A DNA stretch of 64,000 nt. It comes from Octopus vulgaris (lineage: Eukaryota). The DNA lies in the NCBI GenBank assembly GCA_951406725.2, contig OX597835.1, positions 35,588,001-35,652,000 of the forward strand. The letters are read 5' to 3'. Position 1 is the first letter of the stretch; every line of letters starts with the position of its first letter. The translations under genes and the position numbers were made by a program. Under the pieces are notes generated by a model. It was not told the origin of the DNA. It saw nothing but the letters and a program-made list of their open reading frames with translations, and did not search any database. Positions 43,570-57,868 of this stretch are shown here, piece after piece.

Positions 43570-43730
43570 AGGCGTGGCTGTGTGGTTAAAAGTTTGCTTC
43601 CCAACCACATGGCTCCGGGTTCAGTTACACTGCATGGAACCATGGGTAAGTGTTTTTTTTTACTATAGCCTGGGGCCGACCAAAACCTTGTGAGTGGATT
43701 TGGTAGACGGAAACTGAAAGAAGCCCGCCG
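43570..43730 (+). mobile_element. SINE family 1, 5' half
   Basis: Head through GAAAGAAGCCCGCCG, ending where the internal microsatellite normally starts. Confidence 0.8.
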
Positions 43731-43940
43731 TCAAAATATGACCTCGTGTGTACCGTTGGCGATTTTTTCCCGTCCGTCTTCCCTTCTTTGGATCTTTCCT
43801 TTTCCTATGTTTCTGACGAAGAGCTCCGCTCGAAACGTTGATCCCTCCTTCTTTCCTTCTTTCCTGAGCATCCAATAACACTATACTTTTTCCACGTCCT
43901 CGCCTTGTTGTGTTTACTCTGTGTGTATTTATGTTTGAAT

Positions 43941-43995
<55 letters not shown>

Positions 43996-44206
43996 AATGT
44001 GACCGCGTGTGTACCGCTGGTGATTTTTTTCCCTTCCGTCTTCCCTTCTTTGGATCTTTACTTTTCCTATGCTTCTGACGAAGAGCTCCGCTCGAAACGT
44101 TGATCCCTCCTTCTTTCCTTCTTTCCTGAGCGTCCAATAACACTATACTTGTTCCATGTCCTCGCGTTGTTGTGTTTTGTCTTTGTGTATTCATGTTTGG
44201 ATTAAC
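43731..44206 (+). mobile_element. Tandem pair of HHR-bearing pLTR-like units, family B
   Basis: Two ~214 bp copies (43731-43944 and 43992-44206) separated by (TA)n. Each has CTGACGA-A-GAGC-TCC-GCTC-GAAA-CGT (43813 and 44075); stem I is weak. Confidence 0.7.
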
Positions 44207-44394
44207 TTTATATATATATGGACCGACTAAAGCTATAGTAGAGTTGATTTGGTTAGAAGGAAACTGGAGGGTAGCTGTGTGGTGAGAAGCTGTATGACAA
44301 AAGGTTTAGATAGTCTTATTGGCATCCCTATTTGCGCACTCAGAGCGCATACCTTTTAGTTTGAGCGAACCTGACGAAAACTCGTATCTTTTAT

Positions 44395-44426
<32 letters not shown>

Positions 44427-44454
44427 ACACATATATACATATACATGCGTATAT

Positions 44455-44847
44455 ACTCTTTGCTCTCGTTACTTGTTTCAGGCATTTGACTGCGGCCATG
44501 CTGGAGCATCGCCTTTAGTCGAGCAAATCAACCCCAGGACTTATTCTTTGTAAGTCTAGTACTTATTCTATCGGTGTCTTTGGCAGAACCGCTAAGTTAC
44601 GGGGACGTAAACACACCAGCATCGGTTACCAAGCGATGTTGGGGGGACAAACACAGACACACAAACATACATATACATATATACGACGGTCTTCTTTCAG
44701 TTTAGGTCTACCAAATCCATTCACAAGGCTTTGGTCGGCCCGAGGCTATAGTCGAAGGCACTTGCCCAAGATGCCACGCAGTGAAACTGAACCCAAAACC
44801 ATGTTTTGTAAGTGGCTGTACTTACCATACAGCCACTCCTACGCCTA
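44455..44847 (-). mobile_element. SINE family 1
   Basis: Reverse complement of the full family 1 structure. Confidence 0.85.
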
Positions 44848-44890
44848 TATGTTGATGCAAACAGGAAAAATAGAAATAAAAACATGAGTA

Positions 44891-45069
44891 CCATATTTTA
44901 ACGTACATAAAGAACCCTTTTTTGTCAAAAATTAGGTAAAAAAAATATAGGAGTTTCTTATAATCGGACAGTATTATAAAACCTTACAAAACCATTTTTC
45001 CAAAATTTAAGCCCCCCAAATTAGGGGGTTTCTTTTACAAGAGGGTTCCTTATACACGTTAAAATACAC
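44891..45069. mobile_element. Short MITE-like element
   Basis: Terminal inverted repeats TATTTTAACGTACATAAAGAACCC / GGGTTCCTTATACACGTTAAAATA with TA flanks. Confidence 0.6.
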
Positions 45070-45149
45070 TATATGTGTATTTTTATCAGTATTTAGCAGA
45101 AACAACAGAATGACTGAATGTCCGAGAGTTTCGTGTATCGGCACTTAAC

Positions 45150-45720
45150 AAGTTTGCGTGACTCTGAGGCTGTATTTTCTGCTCGTCTCCAGCTAGATCC
45201 CTGCTATTTCAGTGCTCCTTTAGTATCCTCTCTCCAGCTATTTTTCATGTGTCCTCTCTTCCTCCTCTGTTGTGGGCTACCGGTCAAGGTCTGTTGTGCA
45301 ATGAAGGATGCTGGCTTCCTTAAAGTCACTGGTACTCGATCCTTCTACGGCAGCTCTTCCACCTAGTGGTCAAAACAGGATTGGGCCTTGCAGTTTCCTT
45401 TCGGATTATGTTGCACCAAGTCATGTTTCCCTAAGGGAAGTCTTCCATCTCCCAGGTCTCGTTTTGGAATTGTCATCGATACTTCTGTAAATATTTTTTT
45501 CTAGAAAAGTGTTGTTCCCTTACAGACGCACTTTTACCTCTGGAATGAGAAGGCCCACAGTTCGACTTGTAACTTTTCACCTGTCCGTCAGGTTTGGGGT
45601 CCACTAAGAACTTACATTTTACTAGCATAGCTCTCTGAATCTTGCTGCATTTGAATTGTCAACGATGCTTCTGTGGCTTTGGCTTTTGTTTTCTAGCCTG
45701 GAGTGTGGATCTACATAAAC
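45150..45720 (-). mobile_element. Degenerate RTE-clade LINE 3' fragment
   Basis: Minus-strand translation TLRKPASFIAQQTLTGSPQQRRKRGHMKNSWREDTKGALK*QGSSW matches the RTE C-terminal pattern TLRK..I.RQAL.W.P.GKRKRGRP..TWR. Confidence 0.65.
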
Positions 45721-46254
45721 CTAATACTGCCTGGGAAGAGTCGTGAGGTCCGTGTTCGCGTGGTTTCTATACTTTGACCTGTCCAGTATCAGAGGCCCTC
45801 GAAGAATCAATTTATAACCAGTAAATGTGTGACTAGTTTGATAAGTGCCAACGCACGAAACACCTGGCTCTTGAGTAACGCTATCACTTCTGCTAAACAA
45901 TGATACACACACGCACACACACACACACACACATCGCGAAATTGCTAAGAACCTTTGTCCGATAACTGATGATATATATATATATATACATTTACACATA
46001 CTATGATAAAGTAATTTAGAGGTCTGATGATTGGGGTTACGTTTTAAGAAAGGTTCCTGTAAAACACTGCGTGCTTAAGGAACCGTAAAAGAACCTCAAG
46101 AAATAAGTGTAGTTGAGAAATGAGTAGTAAGTATTAAATTAAAATTCTTTTATATGGTGGTACGAAGGGGACTACTATCTCAAAAAAAAATTTATATACA
46201 TACATATATACACACACACACACGCATGTATATATATATACATATAAATACATG

Positions 46255-46269
<15 letters not shown>

Positions 46270-46286
<17 letters not shown>

Positions 46287-46450
46287 CGACAGACTTCCAC
46301 ACAGTTTCCGGCAACCAAATTCACCCACGAAGCATATGTGGTCGGCGCCCAGGGTTACAATAGAAGACACTAGTCCAAGATGGCACACAGCAGCTGGAAT
46401 CTGCACTCGAACCGAAACCACCTTGCTGCAAAACAAGCCTCTTCACCACA
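46270..46450 (-). mobile_element. Diverged SINE family 1, 5' half
   Basis: ACGACAGACTTCCACACAGTTTCCG...TAGAAGACACTAGTCCAAGATGGCAC. Confidence 0.6.
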
Positions 46451-47191
46451 TGTACACTGTTTAAGAAACACAAAAATATATATTTAAAAATATAATCGTT
46501 AAAAATATAAAAAGAATTTGCAAAGAAATAACAAGCACCGCCCCCCCCCCGTTCCTTCTAAAATCCTATCCGAGAGTGATTAATTCAATAGCGTAAGGTA
46601 ACACATGAAGATTTCGACTATTTCTAGCAATTTCGATATAAATTCTTGGCGGATCACTATGACAGTTTATTTGTAGTTTTGTACCTGTTGTATATGACGT
46701 GGTTATTATTATAGTTATTACTGTTGTTGTTGTTGTTGTTGTTATTGTTGTTGTTCCGGTAGAGATAATGATTTAAAGATCTGTTCACTTTAGATGGTAG
46801 TGGTGGTGGTGGCAGCGGTGGAAATAAGAGGTGGTTGTGAGTGAAAGCGGGAAAGAGAAGGGGGTGGAAAAACCATTTTGCGGAAGTACGCAATGTCGTT
46901 TTGTCGTTATTTTTAAAGGGTATTTAATCTCATTTTACACCGGTGCAGATTAAACTTCTTCTGATCAGAAACTTGTTTGTATGTTCATGTGTTTGTGTGT
47001 GTGTGTGTATGTGTGTGGGTATGTGTATGGTGTATGTTTCTATACGTGTGTGTATCTGTGCGTATGTGTGTGTGTGTATACATACATACATACAGACACA
47101 CGCACACACACACACACACATATATATGCATATGTATGTGTACATAAAAATATATGAGTGTGTATGTACATAAGTGGCTCCATCCATCCAA

Positions 47192-47290
<99 letters not shown>

Positions 47291-47401
47291 GTCCACATGT
47301 TAGTCTATTTGTCTACTTTTTATCTATCTGTATGTGTAACAAATGTTCGATTTTCGTGAGCGGTTTTTGCATATATGTATGTATGTAAGTATGTATGTAT
47401 G

Positions 47402-47432
<31 letters not shown>

Positions 47433-48183
47433 TTATGTATGTACGTGTGTATGTATGTAATTATGTATGTATGTATGCATGCATGTATGTAATTATGTAT
47501 GTATGTACGTATGTATGTAATTATGTATGTATGTATGTATGCATGCATGCATGTATGTATGTATGTATGTATGTATGTATGTATGCATGCATGCATGCAT
47601 GTATGTATGTTTGTATGTATGTACGTATGAAATTATGTATTTATACGTGCATGTGTATGTATGAATGTTTGTGTCTGTGTGTGTGTGTTTGTGTGTGAGT
47701 ATGTGTGTGTATCTGCTTATATGTACAGGAGTATCTGTGAGCGTAAATGCGGTGTGCTTGCATGCAGGTGAAAGAGGGTTCGTTATACGACTCGGCGTGT
47801 GTGAAACAGAAAATAAATTTGTGAATAGATAGGTGAGAGTGAGTGGGGATGTTTGTGTATGAGATGGGTATTGGTAGTGGAGTGGGTGAGTGAGAATGGG
47901 TGGGGAATATGTGTGTACCCTAATTTAAAAATTTTATTTTTAAGATCGAATCTGAAACCAGTGAGATCAAAGACAAAAAGAAAAAAAAGAGAAAATAAAG
48001 AAAAAAAAATGAAAACCAAGTTAAAAGGCGAAAATAAAAATGGTGTCTTCAACTTGCTTATCGCTGTCGTTTATAAATTGATAAATCACCGCAGCAACAT
48101 CACCACCAGCACCACCATCAAAATCACCACCACCACCACCACCACCATCACCACCACCACCACCACCACCACCACCACCACGA

Positions 48184-48254
<71 letters not shown>

Positions 48255-48323
48255 TGTACCAGCACCATTGATAAAAACAATTGTAACATTCCTTCAAATT
48301 GCTGGAAATAGCAGCCAGCCAAT

Positions 48324-49025
<702 letters not shown>

Positions 49026-49272
49026 ATATATATATATATATTTAACGTAGGGTAACAGTTTTTCGAAAAAAATAATTATCAATGGCCAGCATATTAAAAA
49101 ATACCTTAAAAGGTTAAAATTATAAACAACTTATAAATAAGGCCAAACGAAAAAAATTCTAATGCCAAATATGCCGAAATTGGACATATTGTCCATTAAC
49201 CATATAATTTTTCACAATACGCACGCTACTCGAAAAAAAAGGCCAAGAGAAATTTCCCCCAAATTCCATTAT

Positions 49273-49330
49273 TACCATATCGGACCGATTTCCGGGTTAG
49301 TTCGTAAGAACCCTCCCTTAGTCAGTGATA
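49273..49330 (-). ncRNA. Degenerate hammerhead (G8U) in pLTR-like island 49042-49368
   Basis: Minus strand: TATCA-CTGACTA-AGGG..CCCG-GAAA-TCGGTCCGA-TA-TGGTA. Confidence 0.6.
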
Positions 49331-49369
49331 AATGTGGCAAAGAAATAAATGAGATACTTACTCATACCC

Positions 49370-49488
<119 letters not shown>

Positions 49489-49720
49489 CATACACACATA
49501 TGATGTTGATCTGCTTTGGCAGTACTTATATTATCTAGTAAAATACACAAGAGCAGGATCGTGAACTATCTATCGCTCTATGTATCTGTCTATACACACA
49601 CACACACACACGTGTGTGAGTGACTAGAATTACTCATCGAATGACTATAAAAACATGGGATCAATCGTCATTGATCTTTTCCATAAGTTTGCGAAAATGA
49701 ACATCATCACCACCACCACC

Positions 49721-49766
<46 letters not shown>

Positions 49767-50046
49767 ACATCGTCACCAATGTCGTCGTCGCCGTCATCAT
49801 CATCATCATCATCATAATCATCGTCACCAATGTCGTCGTCGCCGTCATCATCATCATCATCATCATCATATTTTCTTTATCAGCTTCTTCCGTCTGTTGT
49901 CGTTCTTTTTATCTCCACATCACTTTGTTTTCTTAAAAAAACTTCTTTATTAAATATAACAGTTCTATATTTAACAAACGAGGAATTATGTACATTATTT
50001 ACATTATTTACATTCGACGGATATTTGTCCTCATCTTGTTTGTTGT

Positions 50047-50094
50047 TGACACAACGATTCGGCTGATATACCCTCTAGCCTTCATCAGGTGTCA
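50047..50094 (-). ncRNA. Hammerhead motif (GAAA mutated to GAAT) next to an (ATT)n tract
   Basis: Minus strand: TGACAC-CTGATGA-A-GGCT..AGCC-GAAT-CG-TT-GTGTCA. Confidence 0.65.
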
Positions 50095-50129
50095 CGGGGA
50101 AATTTCGAACCTGGCTTCTCATTCATAAG

Positions 50130-50130
<1 letters not shown>

Positions 50131-50203
<73 letters not shown>

Positions 50204-50233
50204 CATTATTATTATCATTATTATTATCATTCA

Positions 50234-50265
<32 letters not shown>

Positions 50266-50275
50266 GTTGTTGTTG

Positions 50276-50309
<34 letters not shown>

Positions 50310-50331
50310 CATTATTATTATCATTCTTATC

Positions 50332-50365
<34 letters not shown>

Positions 50366-50375
50366 GTTGTTGTTG

Positions 50376-50424
<49 letters not shown>

Positions 50425-50478
50425 CATTATTATTATCATTCTTATTTATTATTATTATTATTATTATTATTGTTGTTG

Positions 50479-50510
<32 letters not shown>

Positions 50511-50520
50511 GTTGTTGTTG

Positions 50521-50551
<31 letters not shown>

Positions 50552-50605
50552 CATTATTATTATTATCATTATTATCATTATTATTATCATTATTATTATT
50601 ATTAA

Positions 50606-50638
<33 letters not shown>

Positions 50639-50652
50639 CATTATTATTATTA

Positions 50653-50686
<34 letters not shown>

Positions 50687-50693
50687 CATTATT

Positions 50694-50734
<41 letters not shown>

Positions 50735-50757
50735 CATCATTATTATTATTATTATTA

Positions 50758-50788
<31 letters not shown>

Positions 50789-50798
50789 CATTATATTA

Positions 50799-50872
<74 letters not shown>
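50131..50872. repeat. (ATT)n tract with ATC/GTT variants, ~740 bp
   Basis: Direct inspection. Confidence 0.95.
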
Positions 50873-51749
50873 TTTCATGTCACTGCCTGGAATCGAATTC
50901 GGAGTCTTAGTGTTAGTAGCCTGGTCTCTTAACCACTACACCACGGGCATAATGCGTGTCTTCGTGAAAAGACTGGACTAACATTACTGCGATAGGCAGT
51001 GTTTTTACTATGGTCAGTGTGTTGGGTTGGAGCCCCATTTCTGTTTGTACGTCGGGTCCCTGGAAGATGAGTGAAGGGACAGTCACGCAACAGACAGTTT
51101 CTTGCATTGGGAACACCGGCAGATTCTGGGATTCCGTATTATGCGTGCTTCAGCATTCAATTTACTAATTCGTGGTGTTGATGTTGATCCTTTTGTGGAA
51201 AGTTTGCTTTGGCCTTGGCTGGTAGCGTTTGTCTGGATTGTGCATCTAGTGCCAGGTAGAAGTGTAAAGATGCAGTCACTACGTGTTCAGAGCCTGTAAC
51301 GTAGGGAATAACGGCATATTTTAGGGTTTCTTGTTTGTGTCGTGGGGGGACACATTCCGCTTCATAGAATTTTTGACGTTTTTCAAACTACAGTAGGACT
51401 AATGGTGGCGACGTGGAGGAAGAATTTATTTTTAGCATTTAGGGTGGTAGAAGACGATGGTGGCAACGGTGGTGATGACGATGAAGATGACGACGATGAT
51501 AATAGTGATGGCTGCGGTGAGAGTGGTGAGTGAAAGAGGTGAAGAGATATTATCGTTCAGTAAATCAGCCATTTTGCTAGAATTTAGAAGCGTCTCTTGT
51601 TGTTATTGTTGCTGTTCAGGATTTCCTGGCTGTTGTTGTTGTTGTTGTCGTTTTACTTGTTGTTGCTGTTAATAGTTTTCTGGCTGTTGTTGTGTTTGAC
51701 CAATATTTAAAGAGAAAATATATCGAAGTTTTTCAAAATAATCCTGAAT

Positions 51750-51960
51750 TACGTTGAAGGAAATATGGATGTGTTTTAGTTTGCTGCGAATCTGCTTAAC
51801 AGTTCGCGCGTTGAGTATTTGCGCTGTTCTTTCGGTAATCTCATTTAGGCCAGAAGTGTTTATGTTTTGTTTGGGAGTGAGAAGACCATCAGCTTATTAG
51901 GAGGTTAATTTCATTATCAGACCAATTTCGTTTGTTGTAGGTCTGGTGGTTAGTAGCCAT
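51750..51960 (-). pseudogene. Disrupted Myb/SANT-like (trihelix-type) domain
   Basis: Minus strand [36 protein letters not shown], then after a frameshift EITERTAQILNARTVKQIRSKLKHI. Confidence 0.5.
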
Positions 51961-52001
51961 GGTGTTTCGTTTTTTTTTAACACTTGGTTTAGCTTTGTTT
52001 C

Positions 52002-52135
<134 letters not shown>

Positions 52136-52235
52136 TTTCTTATGTGTGTGAGGCTTCGATTATCTGAGGGTATTAAGGAAGAGTTTGTATGTATGTATGT
52201 ATGTATGTATGTATGCATGTATGTATGTATGTATG

Positions 52236-52286
<51 letters not shown>

Positions 52287-52354
52287 GATGTGTGTGTATA
52301 TGTGTTTATACATATATGTATGTGTAAATGTGTAGAGTGAGAGATGTAGATGGA

Positions 52355-52389
<35 letters not shown>

Positions 52390-52644
52390 GTGTGTGTGTG
52401 TATATACATGTGTGTGTATGTATACACACACACACACTCACTCACATATATTTATTGGCAGATTCTGATGAAGATAGATATGGAGTGAGATGAAGAGAAA
52501 TCTAAAAAAAGAGACACAGAATGAGTGAGGGAAAGAAGTAAAGAAAGAGGGAGGGAGAGAGAGAGAGAGAGAGTGAAAGAGAGTCAGAGAGAAAGAGAGT
52601 GGCTGAGTGCGACAGAGAGGGTGAGAGAAAGTGAGAGAAATATC

Positions 52645-52760
52645 CTGTCGTGACGTTGTTCCCCCGTTTATCTATGGACGCTCCACTTCCCAGCATGCCG
52701 AGCAGCTTGACGTCACAGTTGTTCAGTTGAGATTCAAAATGGTGGCGATGCGAATAGGAA
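52645..52760 (+). promoter_or_regulatory. Candidate promoter-like motif cluster
   Basis: TTCCCAGCATGCC (ZNF143/Staf-like, 52687), TGACGTCA (CRE, 52708) and CAAAATGGTGGCG (YY1-like, 52735). Confidence 0.4.
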
Positions 52761-53100
52761 ATAGTAACGATTATCAATTCTTTAACTGGAAATGAAATGT
52801 TTTCAACATCGCAATTCAGAGTAAATTGTATTTTAATACTTTTAAATCACTCACATCCTTGTCACACCATTAAAAATTATATTTATCTATGTATGTTTAT
52901 ACATACACACACACGCGCGCACACCTATAACCATCCCCCTGTATAGTGGGCGGAGAAGATATGGAAGAATGGGTACACGTATCACATAGAAAGATATAGA
53001 TGCACAGACATGTATATAAAAAATATATACATGATTACGTACTTATATATATGTGTGCACGAAAGTTCATTCTTCGGTGTATGGGAGTGTACGTACATGT

Positions 53101-53145
<45 letters not shown>

Positions 53146-53207
53146 ATATATATATATATATACACACACATATATATATATTATATATATATATTATATA
53201 CATATAT

Positions 53208-53260
<53 letters not shown>

Positions 53261-53264
<4 letters not shown>

Positions 53265-54193
53265 ATCAAAATAAAATAAAAACATGATGCGAAGGATTCA
53301 GCGGTACATATGTTTCGGGCCTTTATTAGACAGATTTATAACAATGCATAATGTATGTCTGTGGCCTTCTTCAGCCGCGCACAACAGCTTCCGCAAGGAC
53401 ATGTGTTACATCAAAAATTCTGGGTTGGGGATGCAAATCCTCTCATTCACGTACGACATAATGCGGCAGCAGCATAGAATTGAAGCGTCCATCTCTTCTC
53501 TCAATGTAGAATGAGGAAAATTGGATGTTGAGGTAATGTAAATAAATAAATACATATATAGAGGTGAAGATGGAGGGGCGAGAGTTCGGGACGAGGGATA
53601 AAAAATGTATAAAAAGTGTAAGTATAGAATAATATAAAAATGTAGAGGATAAAGATATAAAGAGTTGTAAGGAGATGTAAAGGGGGTATATTTCTTTATA
53701 CCCCCTTTACATCTCCTTACAACTCTTTATATCTTTATCCTCTACATTTTTATATTATTCTATACTTACACTTTTTATACATTTTTTATCCCTCGTCCCG
53801 AACTCTCGCCCCTCCATCTTCACCTCTATATATGTATTTATTTATTTACATTACCTCAACATCCAATTTTCCTCATTCTACATTGAGAGAAGAGATGGAC
53901 GCTTCAATTCTATGCTGCTGCCGCATTATGTCGTACGTGAATGAGAGGATTTGCATCCCCAACCCAGAATTTTTGATGTAACACATGTCCTTGCGGAAGC
54001 TGTTGTGCGCGGCTGAAGAAGGCCACAGACATACATTATGCATTGTTATAAATCTGTCTAATAAAGGCCCGAAACATATGTACCGCTGAATCCTTCGCAT
54101 CATGTTTTTATTTTATTTTGATCAATTTACTCCACCACCTACACCACCAAACGGTATACACAGGTGCTTATAATCATCAAGTACTCACCCCGA

Positions 54194-54198
<5 letters not shown>
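53261..54198. mobile_element. PLE pLTR fold-back: 430 bp inverted arms with a 6 bp spacer
   Basis: 53261-53690 is the reverse complement of 53697-54126. The right arm extends to 54198; both ends abut (TA)n. Confidence 0.85.
54009..54086 (+). ncRNA. Type I hammerhead (mirror copy at 53301-53378, minus strand)
   Basis: GCGG-CTGAAGA-AGGCC..AGACA..TGTCT..GGCCC-GAAA-CATATG-TA-CCGC. Confidence 0.82.
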
Positions 54199-54254
<56 letters not shown>

Positions 54255-54791
54255 CATTGTTTAAACGTATTTCCCACATATACAGTATTAAATACATGCT
54301 AAAACATACATTAGAATTTGTAAGTAGTATTTTATATAACTGTAACAATATTTATGCACAGTGCGTATAATTACGTTTCCGTGTCATTTTGCTCGGCAGT
54401 ATTTAATCGTATTTAGCTGTTTATATCATAAACAAATTACTGGAGTCAATTACCTCAGAAAGACTATCTGCATAAAAAGAAAACAGTTAAATTAGTGTCA
54501 GTATATTAAATTAATTCATTTATTCAGTGTCCATTCTGACATCTGATTAAAAATATTTATGAAGATTGGCAAGGGGACCATTAGTTTATATGCTGAAGGT
54601 TTAAAAGTGGATTTAATGCTGTTGTCCCATGACCGATCGTGCCACCCGATTTTTTTTAATCACTAAAACAATGTATTTTATTTACGGTGAGCCACTGATT
54701 AGCGTAATCAGTCACAGTACGATGACAAGAATATAATAAGAGGTATATATCCATCCTTTGCCATTTCGTAGTGTTCGTCTTTCCGGTATCT

Positions 54792-54831
54792 GATGCTGAG
54801 GAGGAAATAACTACTCCGAAATTCATACATC
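54792..54831 (+). ncRNA. Minimal type I hammerhead motif
   Basis: GATG-CTGAGGA-GGA(AATAACTAC)TCC-GAAA-TTCA-TA-CATC. Confidence 0.65.
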
Positions 54832-56113
54832 CGTTAGTCTGGTGAAAGAGAGCTTTGAACTGACTTGGTGTATTTACATCGAGAAATATTCTCCATGACC
54901 TAAATACAGTGAATGGCTTTCTTACTGGTACGAATATGCATCAAGCAAATATAAATTGGTACCAGGTTTGTATTTATACACATCACAGATTAACGCTTCT
55001 ACTCTGTAAAATAAATTAATATAAATGATTGCAGTCCCCTTGACTTTTCTGCAGTGTATAGCCTGTTTTTAACTTCAATATTTGACGTTCAGTATCAGAA
55101 AGTATCAGTCTTAGTTGCTGTGCTCTCAAGCTAACTGGGCATCAGGCTGATGTCATTCATTATATTTGACTGCAGAATTCTCTGCTCCTAACCATGTGAT
55201 ATTGGCCTTTCTCATATAAGTTATGAATGTTATGCATTCTGTAGTTTTTCGCTCTTCCTCTTTTTCTCGCTGATGATGTCCAATTGAATGCTGTTTTAAA
55301 GTGTTGTCCTCTTTAGAACGTAATCATTGGTGACGTGGTTTTTCTCGGACATCTTCAGTAGAACGTATCTAGCTTTCTGTCAATTTTCACGTCAATTTTC
55401 ACGTCAATTTCTGTCAATTTCACGACCATCTTCTATGTATCACTGGCGAAGAGAAGTGTTGGTAGAAATTAGATATATACGAAAATTTAAATAATTTTGT
55501 CAAGAGAAAAAAGGTTGGGGTACAAATATGTATTTATATATTTATTATATATTATATACAATTATTTAAAGTTAAATTAACCAAATGTAAATATCGTTGA
55601 TTTGATATTATATTTTTATATTATTGTGTTTAAATATAATTAAATAATTATAAAAGTATTTTTGTGTGTACGCCGATGGTATTCTCCGGAATATAACCGT
55701 AGTTTAACCTGATCCATGACTGAGGCCAGCCTATGTACGGAGTTATTACTGATACAGATAGTCAGGCAGACAACCCAGTTTATCGTTACAGTGCGTTAAG
55801 TTAAAATTAACTTAAGTCTTTACAGCTACGTTGATTTTAGCTATGCAATGTCCTCTATAAGTCAAAAGCAGACTTTCAAAATTAGAGTTAAAAGAAAAGG
55901 GGACACAACAAAGTAAAGAGGCTTGAGATTGCGAAGAAATAACCCACAAAAGCAAAAAATTTTACAAATAAATCTTCAGCTTCAGTAATAGAAAAATCAA
56001 GAAGGGATTCCGATAGAGAGGAATATGGTATCTGATGCTAACCTGCAATTTAGATGCGTTGCTACTATACTTCATATTCAATGTTTACAAACTCTGCATG
56101 CCCCGAGAAGCAA

Positions 56114-56148
<35 letters not shown>

Positions 56149-56459
56149 AATAAAAAATGGAGTCAACGCAGGTTTAAACAAGTATTTTTTCTTTCTACAT
56201 ATGTTTCAAAAATTCCACTGATACTTATTCAAAAGAATAAAAGGTATAAACAATGCAATCTTCTCTTCGGGAAAGTGAAAAAACGAAACTTGTCAATACG
56301 ACATTTTAGCAAAAAATGATGGATTCGTATAGCGATAGACAGAACGCTATTAATATTGTTTAAAAAAACGTTATATGATATAACGTCATAAGTAGCTAAC
56401 AGAAAGAGTAGGGATATTAATAGTGAATGTTAAATATAAAGGAAATTAAAGTCTAGAGA

Positions 56460-56991
56460 CTACTTATATGCACTAAAAGTATGCTTTTGCCAATGCTTAC
56501 ATCTGTATGCTCGTTCTATAACCGTGTTTACTAGAGTATTTTTAGAAAAAATAATGAAAAATAGCTCAGAATTGCAGAGAAGACAGAATTTCTTGCCTTT
56601 GTCATATGGTATCGAAATTGAGAGGATCAACCATTCCAAATGAAATTGTTCATTGTGGTCTTTTAAATTCCAAATCAGTTTGCTGAGACCGGTACTATTC
56701 CGTTTATTTCTATCTCTAAATGTTGAGTAATGGATAGAAATTCTCTTAGATAACTCTAACGATGTGCTTCCAATGTAAAATCGTACTTTATTACGAGTAC
56801 TGATTATACACTGGTATATAGAATTTTTAATCTTAGAGTTACTTGACATAAATTTAATTCTATTGGGATTGACTTCAGATACAATAACCTTGTTATTAAT
56901 ATTTCTAGAGGGTTGGATGGTAGTAGCTAAATTAATGTTAGTATTAGTAAATGTATTAATATTTAACAGTTTGTTATTATGAGAAGATATA
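56460..56991 (-). CDS. Inverted duplicate of the GIY-YIG domain
   Basis: Translation identical to the C-terminus of 57077-57868. Confidence 0.75.
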
Positions 56992-57076
56992 TTGTAAATT
57001 CAATAATGTAGATAAGATTTCTAGTCGTAAAAGAATTATTGATAACAAACATAACTTACGCACCGATACAAAGCGA

Positions 57077-57868
57077 ATGAAGGCAGATAACCCTTATTTA
57101 TTCCCCTATTACCGATCTAAAAGTAAATATAACACCTTCAAAAGTAATTACGCTATGAATACTAGTAAAAATATTTGGTTAATAATTCCTTACGGGAGAC
57201 AAATTAAATCTAATCTCCCACTGCTGTTTCGTCAAGCTATTGCTAGGAATTTTCCAAATAATTCTAGATATTACTCTATAATTAATTCACATAAGGTTAG
57301 GATAGGTTTTTCAAACACAAAAAATCTCTTGCAAATTATATCTTCTCATAATAACAAACTGTTAAATATTAATACATTTACTAATACTAACATTAATTTA
57401 GCTACTACCATCCAACCCTCTAGAAATATTAATAACAAGGTTATTGTATCTGAAGTCAATCCCAATAGAATTAAATTTATGTCAAGTAACTCTAAGATTA
57501 AAAATTCTATATACCAGTGTATAATCAGTACTCGTAATAAAGTACGATTTTACATTGGAAGCACATCGTTAGAGTTATCTAAGAGAATTTCTATCCATTA
57601 CTCAACATTTAGAGATAGAAATAAACGGAATAGTACCGGTCTCAGCAAACTGATTTGGAATTTAAAAGACCACAATGAACAATTTCATTTGGAATGGTTG
57701 ATCCTCTCAATTTCGATACCATATGACAAAGGCAAGAAATTCTGTCTTCTCTGCAATTCTGAGCTATTTTTCATTATTTTTTCTAAAAATACTCTAGTAA
57801 ACACGGTTATAGAACGAGCATACAGATGTAAGCATTGGCAAAAGCATACTTTTAGTGCATATAAGTAG
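57077..57868 (+). CDS. PLE ORF C-terminal fragment: post-RT region plus GIY-YIG endonuclease (Naiad-like)
   Basis: SIYQC..FYIGST..KRISIHYSTF..STGLSKLIWNLKD..W.IL..CLLCNSE..LVN..RCKH. The frame is open back to the inversion junction at ~56992, so the ATG is probably internal. Confidence 0.85.
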   Translation: MKADNPYLFPYYRSKSKYNTFKSNYAMNTSKNIWLIIPYGRQIKSNLPLLFRQAIARNFPNNSRYYSIINSHKVRIGFSNTKNLLQIISSHNNKLLNINTFTNTNINLATTIQPSRNINNKVIVSEVNPNRIKFMSSNSKIKNSIYQCIISTRNKVRFYIGSTSLELSKRISIHYSTFRDRNKRNSTGLSKLIWNLKDHNEQFHLEWLILSISIPYDKGKKFCLLCNSELFFIIFSKNTLVNTVIERAYRCKHWQKHTFSAYK

